Assembly: GCA_947479755.1 (NCBI GenBank)
Contig: CANKAM010000005.1
Coordinates: forward strand, 52,187 to 116,186
Reading direction: 5' to 3'
DNA length: 64,000 nucleotides
DNA from: Bacteroidota bacterium
GTDB taxonomy: Bacteria > Bacteroidota > Bacteroidia > SXHM01
Below the pieces are notes generated by a model. That model searched no databases, was not told the DNA's origin, and saw only the letters and a program-made list of their open reading frames with translations. Below are positions 1 to 9,732 of the stretch, in pieces. A program made the translations under genes and the position numbers. Numbering within the stretch: position 1 is the first letter of the stretch; each line of letters starts with the position of its first letter.

Positions 1-42
1 ATTGATGGAAAGGTGAGTGTGAAGAAGGTGGTGGTGAGGTAA
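1..42 (+). CDS. 3' end of an upstream CDS. The C-terminus reads ...IDGKVSVKKVVVR*, which resembles the last beta-strand of a T9SS C-terminal sorting domain.
   Basis: Open frame from position 1 to a TAA at 40-42. Terminator hairpins follow immediately downstream. Confidence 0.3.
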   Translation: MDGKVSVKKVVVR

Positions 43-52
43 CCACCCCCTG

Positions 53-77
53 CCCCCTCCTTGAAAAAAGGAGGGGG
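53..77. terminator. GC-rich hairpin CCCCCTCC-N9-GGAGGGGG
   Basis: Perfect 8-bp inverted repeat at 53-60 and 70-77, directly after the partial upstream CDS. There is no clear T-run. Confidence 0.3.
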
Positions 78-83
78 TGCATA

Positions 84-124
84 AAAAAGCCCCGTCTCGG
101 TTCAGTAAGACGGGGCTTTTTTGT
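84..124. terminator. Bidirectional rho-independent terminator
   Basis: Hairpin AGCCCCGTC(88-96) / GACGGGGCT(109-117) flanked by A-run 83-88 and T-run 117-122. Read on the minus strand it follows the stop of CDS 172..1131. Confidence 0.7.
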
Positions 125-171
125 GCAAGAAAAACTATGAGATAAAACTTGCACGGGCTGCAGAGCGACAG

Positions 172-1131
172 CTATTCTTCAACTAATGTTATTTTTATTT
201 TCACCATTGCACCGGTTTGGTTGTGTACGTTCAGGAACTCTTTCATGCCACCTAACTCAGGAACAGTAAACTTTTGTGAAGGTCCTGTGTTTCTGAAAAC
301 GCCTGAACCGGTATAGGTTTGTGTTTTAGAATCGGCAGTGTAAAAATAAGCACCACCGCCTTGCAACACTTCAATTTCAAATTCCTGATCTGCTGCAAAA
401 CCTTCGGTGATGTTATCAACCGAGTTGGCAGGTATTTCGCGCTCAAAAATGGTGGGCACATCATCACTGCCTTTTGCGTTGAGCAATGAGAAATCAATGA
501 AATCGGTAACCCGTGTTATTTCAGCGCGGAACTTATACATCAGAAAACCCAACACACCATAGAACATAACAGCTAACAACACGCGCTGACTTTCAAGATT
601 AGAAGAAGCAGTATCGGCAAGCTGCTCTTTCTGCTGATGCACCAAGCGGATGTTGCGCAGGTCGGTGGCAAAAACATCAACGACAGTTTTCAGCACTAAC
701 AGCGCTGGGTAAGCGGCAAGCCTTATACCCAGTCCTTCAACAGCAGCTACGCGCTGCTCGTAGGTTCCGTTTTGAAAAGGGGCGCGTCCGTTGGGAAGCA
801 GTATCAGGTAATCTTCTGTGTTTTCAAGAAACACTACCTGTATGGCTGCATCCCATTCTTTTATTTTCTGTTTGCTTAGTTCTTTCATCTTGTTTTTAAG
901 GCGCAGCGTTTCGCCTTTGTAAACACCCAATGCTGCTAACCATAAGGCATACAGTTGCGCAAAAAGCGCAAACACAGGGTGAAACAATCCGAACAGCATG
1001 GTGATATCGGCATCGCTCATTTGCTGTGCGCTTAACTTGGCATCGGTATCGGTTGATGCGGTTAACATTCTTTTGCGGTTTCCTTTGGTAGCCGTTTCAA
1101 AGCGGTTTCCCAGATATTGTGAATTTGACAT
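172..1131 (-). CDS. Hypothetical membrane-associated protein with one predicted transmembrane helix; no family recognised.
   Basis: 319-aa ORF with a hydrophobic segment RVLLAVMFYGVLGFLMY. A terminator lies immediately 3'. Confidence 0.45.
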   Translation of the reverse strand: MSNSQYLGNRFETATKGNRKRMLTASTDTDAKLSAQQMSDADITMLFGLFHPVFALFAQLYALWLAALGVYKGETLRLKNKMKELSKQKIKEWDAAIQVVFLENTEDYLILLPNGRAPFQNGTYEQRVAAVEGLGIRLAAYPALLVLKTVVDVFATDLRNIRLVHQQKEQLADTASSNLESQRVLLAVMFYGVLGFLMYKFRAEITRVTDFIDFSLLNAKGSDDVPTIFEREIPANSVDNITEGFAADQEFEIEVLQGGGAYFYTADSKTQTYTGSGVFRNTGPSQKFTVPELGGMKEFLNVHNQTGAMVKIKITLVEE

Positions 1132-1309
1132 TTTTATGGGGCGTTTTAATTGGTTTGGAGTTGCCCTTTGATATGATAACGGTTACATAATTTACTTTAT
1201 TGTATGCGAAAAGTATATTTCTATCAAAAACTATTATAACATACTGATTAACAGCAAGAATAAATTTTTATTATTGCACACCAATTTAGCCTCAGGAACT
1301 AAAAATAAG

Positions 1310-1680
1310 GCAGTATGCAAGTGCATACAACACTAATAGCCGAAAATAAGGCTGTAAACAAGTGCATACACAGGTAGTAGCCGCAAATAAAGCTGTTTGC
1401 AAGTGCAACTTGTAATAATGGCGGCAAATAGTGCTGTTTGTAAGTGCAGATACTGTTATTTGCTGCAAATACTGTTGTTTGCAACTGCAATTTGTTATAA
1501 TAGCGGGAAATATTACTGTTTGCAACTGCAAACCGTAAAAAAAATGGCTATTAGCATGAAAAGTAGTTGCAGATAGCTCTATAAATCAGCACTACACCTG
1601 TTTGCAAGTGCAAATGATAGTATTTGCAAATAATATAACTGTTTGCACTTGCAAACTGCCATATTACTGCGCAATAAAGG
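1310..1680. repeat. About 9 copies of a 41-bp tandem repeat with near-palindromic core CTGTTTGCAAGTGCA (TTGCA-N3-TGCAA)
   Basis: Core motif recurs at 1311, 1351, 1392, 1433, 1474, 1515, a degenerate copy near 1560, then 1599 and 1640. Spacing is 41 bp, with one 84-bp step across the degenerate copy near 1560. The inter-core segments are partly conserved (..TAATAGCCG.AAATA..). The last copy carries the reverse-complement core TTTGCACTTGCAAA. Confidence 0.8.
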
Positions 1681-1725
1681 TGTTTGGATTTATTTTGCTT
1701 AACTTGCGTGGAAAATTTGGAAACC

Positions 1726-4308
1726 ATGAGAAATTATTATCTATTACTATTTGTATTCTTTCTGTCTATTTCAGAAAGCTATTCATTAGGGCATACTGTT
1801 TCAATAAGCGCTACTACCACAACGTGCCCGGGGCAATGTTATGGCAGTGCAACAGCAGTTGTAAGTGGTGGTGGTGGACCTTTCTCATTTCGATGGACCT
1901 ACCCTAACGGATATGTTGGTTATAATGATGAATATGTGCTGGGACTATGCGCTGGAACATACAGTGTAGTGGCTATTGATAGTCTTGACATGTCAGAATC
2001 AGACGCGTTTTTTTTTACCATAACAGAAAGCCTACCTATTACTGCCACTTTTAACAATACGAATACATCAGGATGCGGGCAATGTGATGGTATACTTAGC
2101 GCAATGGCAAGCGGAGGAACGCCACCCTACCAATATATTTGGTATACCTCCAATTATAATTCTGTGCCTTCGCCTTCTAATGTCTGCGCAGGAGCCTATC
2201 GTTTAATTGTTAATGACAATAACTATTGTCAGTTGAATAATGCAATTACATCATTGAGTGATAATGGGGGAATTACCTCATCAGATATTTCCATAGTTGA
2301 ACCAACCATGTGTAACAGCTGTAACGGGACACTTACTGTTAATGGTTTTACAGGTGGAGCCCAACCAATCAGTTATATCTGGACAGGTAATCAGACTAGT
2401 CAAACAATAAATGCCTGTACCGAATCAACCTACTTTATTAATGCCACCGATGCCAACGGTTGTCTTTATTCTGAAACCACTTATATAGGCACACTACCAT
2501 CACCTCATATAGTTTTGGACACACTTATAAATTTAGATTGCAACGGTAATTCATATGGCACAATCAGCGTGCATGCCGAAGGTACAACAGGAAATTATCA
2601 ATACTGGTGGCAGCCAACAGATGATAGCACTTCAACTATTACCAATGTTCAGTCGGGAGTTTATGAAGTATTCGCGTGGGATGAAAACTACTGTGTAGAC
2701 TCAATGGAAATACAAGTCATAAACAGTTATAATATTTATGCAGCAGTAATAACTATTGATGCCAATTGCGGAGATAATGGAACTGCAACAGTTACAGCAC
2801 AAGGTGTAAACCCACCGTTTACCTATTTATGGAACGATGATTTACAGCAAACCGGAGAAACAGCAACAAATTTGTCTGAAGGCAATTACAATGTGCTTGT
2901 AACAGATGCACAAGGATGTTCTGTAATGGGCTACGCTTACATTCCATCGGGTTGCGTAAATATCATTCAAGGAAGAGTTTATCATGATGCTAATCAAAAC
3001 TGCATTCAAGATATTGGTGAAAATGGTTTTGCAGGCAGAATAGTAATAGCAAACCCAAGTGGCGATTTCGGATATACAGATGCAAATGGCGATTATTCTA
3101 TTGAAACACTCAATATGTATAATACAGTACAAGTATCAGATTTTTCATTTCCTTACTATACTATTACTTGCCCGTCAAACGGCTATCTTACTGTAACCTT
3201 TGCTCAATCAGGTGATACTTCTTCGAACAACAATTTCGGGAATTACGCAAGCAATACATCTTTTGATTTAGGGGTTGGAGCATGGTGGACAGGCAGTAGT
3301 CCGGGCTTTCCAATCAGCTATGAAATACAACCTTATAATAACAGCTATTCACCTGAGAACGCATTGGTGCGGTTTATTTACGATAGCGTGCTGCAATATA
3401 CAGGATCTACAATGGGAGGAGTGCATTTTCCAAATGAACATAAAATAGAATGGACGCTTAGTAATATTCCCGGATTTTATGGCAATTGGTATCAACCCTT
3501 AAATGCTACTTTCAACGTTCCTACATGGGTAACAATCAATGATACAATTTCAAACTACTTTGAAATCGAACCTATAACAGGAGATGAGTTTCCTTACGAT
3601 AACACACTCTTTTTACAAGGAACAATTACAGCACCTTTTGACCCGAATGCAAAATCGGTTATTCCAAAAGGCAAATGGGATGAAGGCTATATTTTACCCA
3701 CCGATTCAATATTATTTTACACCGTACACTTTCAAAATACAGGAAACGACACAGCCTTTACGGTTGTGGTAAAAGACACCCTTTCTTCATTTCTTGACCC
3801 TGCTACCATAATGCCGGGAGCAGCAAGCCATCCTTACACATTTGATCTATCAGGACAAGGAATAATGACATTTAGGTTTGACCAAATTATGTTACCTGAC
3901 AGCAATGTAAATGAACCCGCAAGTCATGGTTATTTCAACTATAGAGTAAAAGTTAAAGACAATACACCACTTGGCTCTGTAATCGAAAACACCGCCTATA
4001 TTTATTTTGATTTCAATGCCCCAATTGTTACAAATACAACAGTAAATACAATTGTAAGTTCTCTCTCTATACCTGATGAAGCAACTGTTAACATGCTAAT
4101 CTACCCCAACCCCGCCACCACCGAACTAACCATAGTTGGCTACAACCCTGCCTGCCTTAAACTCTGCAACACCTTAGGACAAACCGTAGCCGAAGCATAC
4201 AACACCAACAAGCTGCAAATAGCTGAACTGCAAAAAGGTTTATACCTTTTGCAGGTGTTTGATAAAAAGGGTGGGCTGGTTAGGGTGGAGAAAGTGTTGA
4301 AGGAATAA
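1726..4308 (+). CDS. Large secreted cell-surface protein with N-terminal SprB-type Cys repeats and a T9SS (Por) C-terminal sorting domain
   Basis: ATG at 1726 (MRNYYLLLFVFFLSISESYS signal peptide). At least five repeats of C..C.G......GG..P..Y.W (e.g. CPGQCYGSATAVVSGGGGPFSFRW, CGQCDGILSAMASGGTPPYQYIW). C-terminus is LIYPNPATTELTIVG...LYLLQV..., typical of a T9SS CTD. Confidence 0.8.
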   Translation: MRNYYLLLFVFFLSISESYSLGHTVSISATTTTCPGQCYGSATAVVSGGGGPFSFRWTYPNGYVGYNDEYVLGLCAGTYSVVAIDSLDMSESDAFFFTITESLPITATFNNTNTSGCGQCDGILSAMASGGTPPYQYIWYTSNYNSVPSPSNVCAGAYRLIVNDNNYCQLNNAITSLSDNGGITSSDISIVEPTMCNSCNGTLTVNGFTGGAQPISYIWTGNQTSQTINACTESTYFINATDANGCLYSETTYIGTLPSPHIVLDTLINLDCNGNSYGTISVHAEGTTGNYQYWWQPTDDSTSTITNVQSGVYEVFAWDENYCVDSMEIQVINSYNIYAAVITIDANCGDNGTATVTAQGVNPPFTYLWNDDLQQTGETATNLSEGNYNVLVTDAQGCSVMGYAYIPSGCVNIIQGRVYHDANQNCIQDIGENGFAGRIVIANPSGDFGYTDANGDYSIETLNMYNTVQVSDFSFPYYTITCPSNGYLTVTFAQSGDTSSNNNFGNYASNTSFDLGVGAWWTGSSPGFPISYEIQPYNNSYSPENALVRFIYDSVLQYTGSTMGGVHFPNEHKIEWTLSNIPGFYGNWYQPLNATFNVPTWVTINDTISNYFEIEPITGDEFPYDNTLFLQGTITAPFDPNAKSVIPKGKWDEGYILPTDSILFYTVHFQNTGNDTAFTVVVKDTLSSFLDPATIMPGAASHPYTFDLSGQGIMTFRFDQIMLPDSNVNEPASHGYFNYRVKVKDNTPLGSVIENTAYIYFDFNAPIVTNTTVNTIVSSLSIPDEATVNMLIYPNPATTELTIVGYNPACLKLCNTLGQTVAEAYNTNKLQIAELQKGLYLLQVFDKKGGLVRVEKVLKE

Positions 4309-6477
4309 CTACTCTGCAATATACCCTGCCTCGCGCCAGATGTAGTTGCCGGTCTTTAAATTAAAGTAGGCCATCTTTCGGTTTTTCTTCAGCAATACCA
4401 CATCGCCTTCCATCATGCTACCTGCTTCATCAATTTCGCAGGGAATAACGTACGCATTGCTTTTATTGATAAAGCCCAGTTTGCCGGCTTCGCTTACTTT
4501 GGCAATGCCGTTAGTAAAATCTCCTGCTTCTTCAAATACGCTGGGTGTTTGCGTTAATCCTTTCGTGTCGATGTAACCGAATTTATCGCTGCGTTTTACA
4601 CGCGCCAGTCCTTCCGAAAAATTACCGGCAACCTCAAACTCAAACTTTATGATGGTCTTTTGCGTGGAGTCAATGTATCCCCATTTACCTTTCTTCTTTG
4701 CTGCAAGCAAGCCTTCCGAAAACCTGCCGATGTCGTCAAACTGTGGTGGAATTAGTTCCTTGCCTGTTATGTCAATCACCCCCATTTTACCTTTCAGTGT
4801 TACGGGAGCTTTGCCGTTTTTAAATGCCAGTTCAGGCAATGCCTGATCAAAAGCAAAATCATACATCACGGGAATAACAACCTGTCCGTTTTTATCAACA
4901 TATCCGTATTTTTCGGCTTTAACTACTACAGCTAGTCCTTCGCTGAACGAGCCTATCTCATCGTATTCGCACTGCACAATGGGCTCACCAACTTTTGAAA
5001 TCAGTCCGTAAAAACCATCCTTTTCTACCCGCGCCAATCCGTCTTTAAACGATTCTGCATCATCAAAATCGTAAGGAATAACAATGTTACCTGACTTATC
5101 AATGAATCCCTTTTTATTATTGAACTCAACCACTGCCCTGCTCTCCGAAAAATCTTCGGCATCATCAAACAGCAAAGGAATAGCAAGCGTTCCTGATTTA
5201 TTTACAAAACCATATTTATCGTTAAGCACTACGCGCGCCAGCCCTTCCGAAAAGTCAAAAACTTCATCGTATTTCAGCGGCACTACCACCTTGCCGGTGT
5301 AATCCACCATGCCATAAAACTCTTCGTTACCCACCACGGCAAAACCATCATGAAAGGGCTCCACTTCCGAATACTGCAGAGCAACAACCGCTTCACCTTT
5401 CTTGTTGATGAAGCCTGCCTTATCGGCCTTGCCCACTTCAGCAATACCTTCGTTAAAAGGTTCACACCAATCGTATTCAAAAGCAATGATCACCTTTCCA
5501 TTGCCGTTTACATAACCCCATTTCTTGTCGCGCACCGCAGGGTAGTAGCGGCTTTTAGCAATCTCCAGATCTTTCAGCACTTCATTTTTATAAGGATAAT
5601 CAGGATACTCTAATCTGAAGTCAGCAAATGATTCAGGATTTGAATCAGCAGTATAAATAGAATAGATTTTGCGCCATGCCTCGGGCACATTATGATTGTC
5701 GGGATACTTCTTTATAAAATCATGGTACTCTTTTATTTTTCCTTTAACAACCGACAATTCGTAAATCTTATTCTCCGCTTCTTTGCGGTAAGTGGTCTTG
5801 GGATACTGTTTCAGAAAATCCAGGTACGACTGGATATTCTTGGGATTGGTAAGTGTTTCGTACAAAGTGGTCTCATACTTTTCCGTTGCAATTACTAAAT
5901 CCTCTGCGGCAGGATATTTATCCATATAAGCCTTGAAAGCCTGATAGGTTCCCTCCTTCTCCGCATTGAGATACGCAAGATGATTGCGAAGTTTAACAAC
6001 CTCATTTAACTGAGGTGCTTCTTTAAAACCTGCAAGAAACCATTCACAACGCTCAACGGTGTTTAAATTGTTTACATCTTCAAATGCGAGAAGAAAAACA
6101 GCCTGCTTCTGCGTTTCAATAGAATTGGAAGTGATGTCAAGCTCAATAAGTTTCTTCTTATCCTTTTCCTCCAGCAAAGCAAAAGCCTGGTCAGATTTCA
6201 CGATTGCTGCCAAAGCAGAATCAAGATTATGAAAAGGGTTTTTATCATTCGCAAAAATCAAACTCAGTCCGTAATAAGCTCCTGCAGGTTCTTTCTTGGT
6301 TGACTTTTCAAATAACTCTTTTGCGGTGAAATAATCGAAACGCTTTAAGGCTTCAAAGGCTTTGTCGAGGGGGCCGCGAAGCCTCATCCCCTGCCCTTCT
6401 CCGAAGGATAAGGGAGCAGAGTACAACACAACTGCAATTAGAATAATAAATACTGATATTTTTTTCACGGCTTTCAA
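4309..6477 (-). CDS. WG-repeat (KWG/WG_beta_rep) protein with signal peptide and an N-terminal TPR-like helical region
   Basis: More than 12 tandem repeats of roughly 37 aa of the form KWGY(V/I)(N/D)..G..VIP..YD....F.EGLA.V. Signal peptide MKAVKKISVFIILIAVVLYSA. Stop codon abuts the convergent SprB-like gene. Confidence 0.8.
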   Translation of the reverse strand: MKAVKKISVFIILIAVVLYSAPLSFGEGQGMRLRGPLDKAFEALKRFDYFTAKELFEKSTKKEPAGAYYGLSLIFANDKNPFHNLDSALAAIVKSDQAFALLEEKDKKKLIELDITSNSIETQKQAVFLLAFEDVNNLNTVERCEWFLAGFKEAPQLNEVVKLRNHLAYLNAEKEGTYQAFKAYMDKYPAAEDLVIATEKYETTLYETLTNPKNIQSYLDFLKQYPKTTYRKEAENKIYELSVVKGKIKEYHDFIKKYPDNHNVPEAWRKIYSIYTADSNPESFADFRLEYPDYPYKNEVLKDLEIAKSRYYPAVRDKKWGYVNGNGKVIIAFEYDWCEPFNEGIAEVGKADKAGFINKKGEAVVALQYSEVEPFHDGFAVVGNEEFYGMVDYTGKVVVPLKYDEVFDFSEGLARVVLNDKYGFVNKSGTLAIPLLFDDAEDFSESRAVVEFNNKKGFIDKSGNIVIPYDFDDAESFKDGLARVEKDGFYGLISKVGEPIVQCEYDEIGSFSEGLAVVVKAEKYGYVDKNGQVVIPVMYDFAFDQALPELAFKNGKAPVTLKGKMGVIDITGKELIPPQFDDIGRFSEGLLAAKKKGKWGYIDSTQKTIIKFEFEVAGNFSEGLARVKRSDKFGYIDTKGLTQTPSVFEEAGDFTNGIAKVSEAGKLGFINKSNAYVIPCEIDEAGSMMEGDVVLLKKNRKMAYFNLKTGNYIWREAGYIAE

Positions 6478-6511
6478 AATCCCCTCTTCTTTGGAGAGTG
6501 TTAGGGTAAGG

Positions 6512-8701
6512 CTACTTGATTATCGTCATTTCATCAATCAGATGCTTTGCGCCCGCAAATTTATCAATGATAAACAGTGTGTAGCGTATATCAACCGAAA
6601 TATTTCTTGCCATAGCGGGGTCATACATCACATCGGCAGCAGTGCCTTCCCAGTTGCGGTCGAAATTGGTGCCGATTAGTTGTCCTTGTGCATTCAGCAC
6701 CGGAGCACCCGAATTGCCTCCCGTTGAATGATTAGAAGCAATAAAGCAAACGGGCACCGTTCCGTTTACGGCATATTCACCATAGTCTTTCTTCTCATAC
6801 AGTTCTTTCAGTTTTGCCGGAACAGAAAACTCTTTATCTCCCGGCTTTTCTTTTGCAATCACTTCGTCAACAGTGGTAAAAGGAGTAAAAACAACACTAT
6901 CGTTAGGAGCATAGCCTTCAATCTTTCCATAACTTAATCTCAGTGTTGAGTTGGCATCGGGATAAAACAATTTATCAGTTTGAAACTCACGTAAGGCCTG
7001 GGTATAAATACGGTTGAGGCTGTCGAGTTTTATATCAAGTTTAACATAGTTGGGGTAGATGCTTTCCTTGAAGTTTTGAGTAACAGTTGATACAAATTGA
7101 AATGCTAAATCATTTGCTCCAAATCCGTTTTCTGATTTTATTGTATCAGGTATGTATTTCTTCCCTTCTCTTTCAATTAAAGCATTAAGATTTGCAATAG
7201 ATTTTAACGAGTCAAGTAAATCACCTGAAAATAATGTTGAGATATATTCATCATTATTTTTCTTGTATTTCTTTCTTTGTTTTTCAGTCAACACTTCGGG
7301 CATGTAATCAATGATAGCCTTAATCTGGTGATTGGCACAATCCAAATCAATAGCTCGATTATAATTTTTAAAGAATGAATGAATGTACTTGGTCTGTTTT
7401 TCTACTTCTATGCTTAATGCTTCACGCTTTACCCCATTCCTCAGCAAATCCGAAAGTTTGGTAAAACTATTTATGTAGCTGACAAAGTCCATTGTAGTAA
7501 ACGCTTCATTATACAACACCAGACCTTTGTTGTAAGGTCCAAATTCATTGTAAGTCGTTTCTAATTCAGGTAACAGATTTCGATACTTCACTTTCCTGTT
7601 CTCATCTGCATTCACCCATTCTGTAAATCGTTTTTCCAACTCCTGTTTTCTCTGTACTGCATCAACTTTCTTCAGACCAATACTTTCACCTATAAACTTC
7701 TTGTAGTAGTTCTTGATGTTTGCATATTTTGAAGTAAGGTTTAATTTCACCTGCGGGTCGGCAGCCATCGCTTTTTCCATCACAGCAAGGCGTTTTTCAC
7801 GAATGGAAATTTTCAGAGGATCTTCCTCTTCCACCAATTGCTTAACAGCAAAGGAAGTCAGGTATTCCTGCGTTCTTCCCGGAAAACCAAACACCATTGT
7901 AAAATCCCCTGTCTTCAATTCCTTCATTGAAATCTCAAAATGCTTCTTCGGTTTATAGGGAACATTGTCGGGCGAATATTCTGCCGGCTTGTTCAAACTA
8001 TCGGCATAAATGCGGAACAACGCAAAATCACCGGTGTGGCGGGGCCACATCCAGTTGTCGGTATCAGCACCAAAGTTGCCTATGGAATAAGGAGGAGCGC
8101 CAACCAATCGCACATCTTTAAATGTTTCGGTGATAAAAATATAGTATTCATTACCACCAAAAAATTCTTTCACCTTGGCTTCATAGTGTGTTCCTTCTAC
8201 CATTTTTTTCTCCAATGCTTTTGAGGCTTTGTCAATTGCAGTGTAACGTTCCACTTCGGTCATTTCGGGAGTAACATTCTTTAACAACTCCGAAGTAACA
8301 TCTTCCATACGCACCAGAAATGTAGCTGTCAGTCCGGGATTGGAAAGTTCTTCGCTTCTGTTCATTGACCAATAGCCCTGATCAATGTAATTATTCGCCA
8401 GCGTGCTGTGCGACTGAACTTTGCTGCGCCCGCAATGATAATTAGTAAGCAACAGACCTTGCGCTGAAATAATTTCGCCAGAGCAGCCGCCACCAAACTG
8501 CACCACCGCATCTTTAAGACTTGTATGATTAACACTGTAAATATCTTCAGCAGACAGTTTTAATCCTTTGCTCTGCATATCGGCCTCGTTATACTTGGCA
8601 AGAAACAGAGGAACCCACATGCCTTCATCAGCATGTGCGTGAAATACGTTTACGTAAAGCGCGCAAAGAAGCAGAAAGCGCAAAGAAAAACTCTTAGCCA
8701 T
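6512..8701 (-). CDS. S46 family dipeptidyl-peptidase (DPP7/DPP11-like serine peptidase)
   Basis: Signal peptide then the hallmark ADEGMWVP N-terminus. NYHCG His region and the C-terminal GGNSGAPV serine motif are present. The ATG at 8699-8701 overlaps the upstream FabZ-like gene by 8 nt. Confidence 0.8.
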   Translation of the reverse strand: MAKSFSLRFLLLCALYVNVFHAHADEGMWVPLFLAKYNEADMQSKGLKLSAEDIYSVNHTSLKDAVVQFGGGCSGEIISAQGLLLTNYHCGRSKVQSHSTLANNYIDQGYWSMNRSEELSNPGLTATFLVRMEDVTSELLKNVTPEMTEVERYTAIDKASKALEKKMVEGTHYEAKVKEFFGGNEYYIFITETFKDVRLVGAPPYSIGNFGADTDNWMWPRHTGDFALFRIYADSLNKPAEYSPDNVPYKPKKHFEISMKELKTGDFTMVFGFPGRTQEYLTSFAVKQLVEEEDPLKISIREKRLAVMEKAMAADPQVKLNLTSKYANIKNYYKKFIGESIGLKKVDAVQRKQELEKRFTEWVNADENRKVKYRNLLPELETTYNEFGPYNKGLVLYNEAFTTMDFVSYINSFTKLSDLLRNGVKREALSIEVEKQTKYIHSFFKNYNRAIDLDCANHQIKAIIDYMPEVLTEKQRKKYKKNNDEYISTLFSGDLLDSLKSIANLNALIEREGKKYIPDTIKSENGFGANDLAFQFVSTVTQNFKESIYPNYVKLDIKLDSLNRIYTQALREFQTDKLFYPDANSTLRLSYGKIEGYAPNDSVVFTPFTTVDEVIAKEKPGDKEFSVPAKLKELYEKKDYGEYAVNGTVPVCFIASNHSTGGNSGAPVLNAQGQLIGTNFDRNWEGTAADVMYDPAMARNISVDIRYTLFIIDKFAGAKHLIDEMTIIK

Positions 8702-9071
8702 TATCTCTTTTGAAAACTCCTTTGAACTTAAAGAATACTTTTTCTCCTGCAGAGATTGCAGCGTTTGCAGAAATCAATCCGTCCTGCTCTTTAGTATCTA
8801 AAGCAATTTGCAAAACAGCATTAACTGTCGGGTCAACAACTGCAAGAAATTTAACCTGCGAAGATTGTACTAACTGTGTGGTAGCGTCTAGTGATTTCTC
8901 AAGTACCTCTTTTGAAATCTGTATCAGACAAACACCCGGCAATACAGGACTATCAGGGAAATGTCCTTTAAAAATAGCATGTGCAGCATTCAGTCCAACT
9001 TCAGCCTGAACCTTTCCTGTTTCAGGGATGATGAAATTATTCAAAGCGTAAAAATCAATCTGATTAAGCAT
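8694..9071 (-). CDS. FabZ/FabA-like hotdog-fold 3-hydroxyacyl-ACP dehydratase
   Basis: 125 aa with HFPDSPVLPGV (dehydratase His motif). Sits within the aryl-polyene/flexirubin-type cluster. Confidence 0.7.
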   Translation of the reverse strand: MLNQIDFYALNNFIIPETGKVQAEVGLNAAHAIFKGHFPDSPVLPGVCLIQISKEVLEKSLDATTQLVQSSQVKFLAVVDPTVNAVLQIALDTKEQDGLISANAAISAGEKVFFKFKGVFKRDNG

Positions 9072-9080
9072 ATTCTGAAA

Positions 9081-9731
9081 TTAATTACCTGTAAATATGC
9101 TACTTTCTAACGAAACGTTAATCTTTTTATTACTGAACTCAACCTCCGTATAATCACCCGACAACTCCGTCATCCTGAATTTTGAAACTGAGAAGTCTTT
9201 CTTGTCAAAATAAATCAGAATATTCTTCACATACTCTTTCATGTTCTTCTGCAAGGGTGAAAGTTCAGCAAGAAACGAATCGCTTCCTTCAAAATAAGTG
9301 ATTTTGTAATCAGCACTTTCAAGAATATCGCCTTTTACTGCTGCCAACATCAAGTCATTTACCTGTTTAAAAATACGGTTACTGTTCATGTCAAACTTCT
9401 TAACCTTCCCGTTGTCTTTGATGAAGGCTTTGCCGCTGTTCAGCACAATCAAATACTGAACAGGCTCTTTGTATTCCCAGCGTAACAGGTTGTCCTTCTT
9501 AAACCAGAATTTTCCTTTACTCACGCTGTTTTCCGTAAGCATGGAAAGATGTTTCACTTGTTTGAAATCACTCTCCAAAGAGTTGGTTTTCTTCGTGTAT
9601 TCCTGTGCCTTTTTCCTTAATTCTGTTGCATCAGCAACAGTCTTGTAGCCGGGATATTGTGCATAAACCTGAGAAGAAAGAAATAAGATGCAAGAAACAA
9701 GAAAACCAATTTTTAAACCAACCTTTTTCAT
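9081..9731 (-). CDS. LolA-like outer-membrane lipoprotein carrier family protein
   Basis: 216 aa with a signal peptide. Size and position match the LolA-like components of aryl-polyene/flexirubin loci. Sequence similarity was judged by eye only. Confidence 0.55.
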   Translation of the reverse strand: MKKVGLKIGFLVSCILFLSSQVYAQYPGYKTVADATELRKKAQEYTKKTNSLESDFKQVKHLSMLTENSVSKGKFWFKKDNLLRWEYKEPVQYLIVLNSGKAFIKDNGKVKKFDMNSNRIFKQVNDLMLAAVKGDILESADYKITYFEGSDSFLAELSPLQKNMKEYVKNILIYFDKKDFSVSKFRMTELSGDYTEVEFSNKKINVSLESSIFTGN

Positions 9732-9732
9732 A

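Noticed and set aside
1292-1907. Small ORFs (1292..1531, 1299..1490 on minus; 1602..1907 on plus) and a possible CRISPR interpretation of the 41-bp repeat array
   Set aside because: The ORFs lie within non-coding tandem repeats and have Cys/Tyr-rich low-complexity translations. The array has 15-bp cores with mutually related 26-bp linkers and no cas genes. That is inconsistent with CRISPR, where spacers are unique and repeats are 28-37 bp.
7713-8224. Plus-strand ORFs inside the S46 peptidase gene
   Set aside because: Antisense to a gene with clear S46 signatures.
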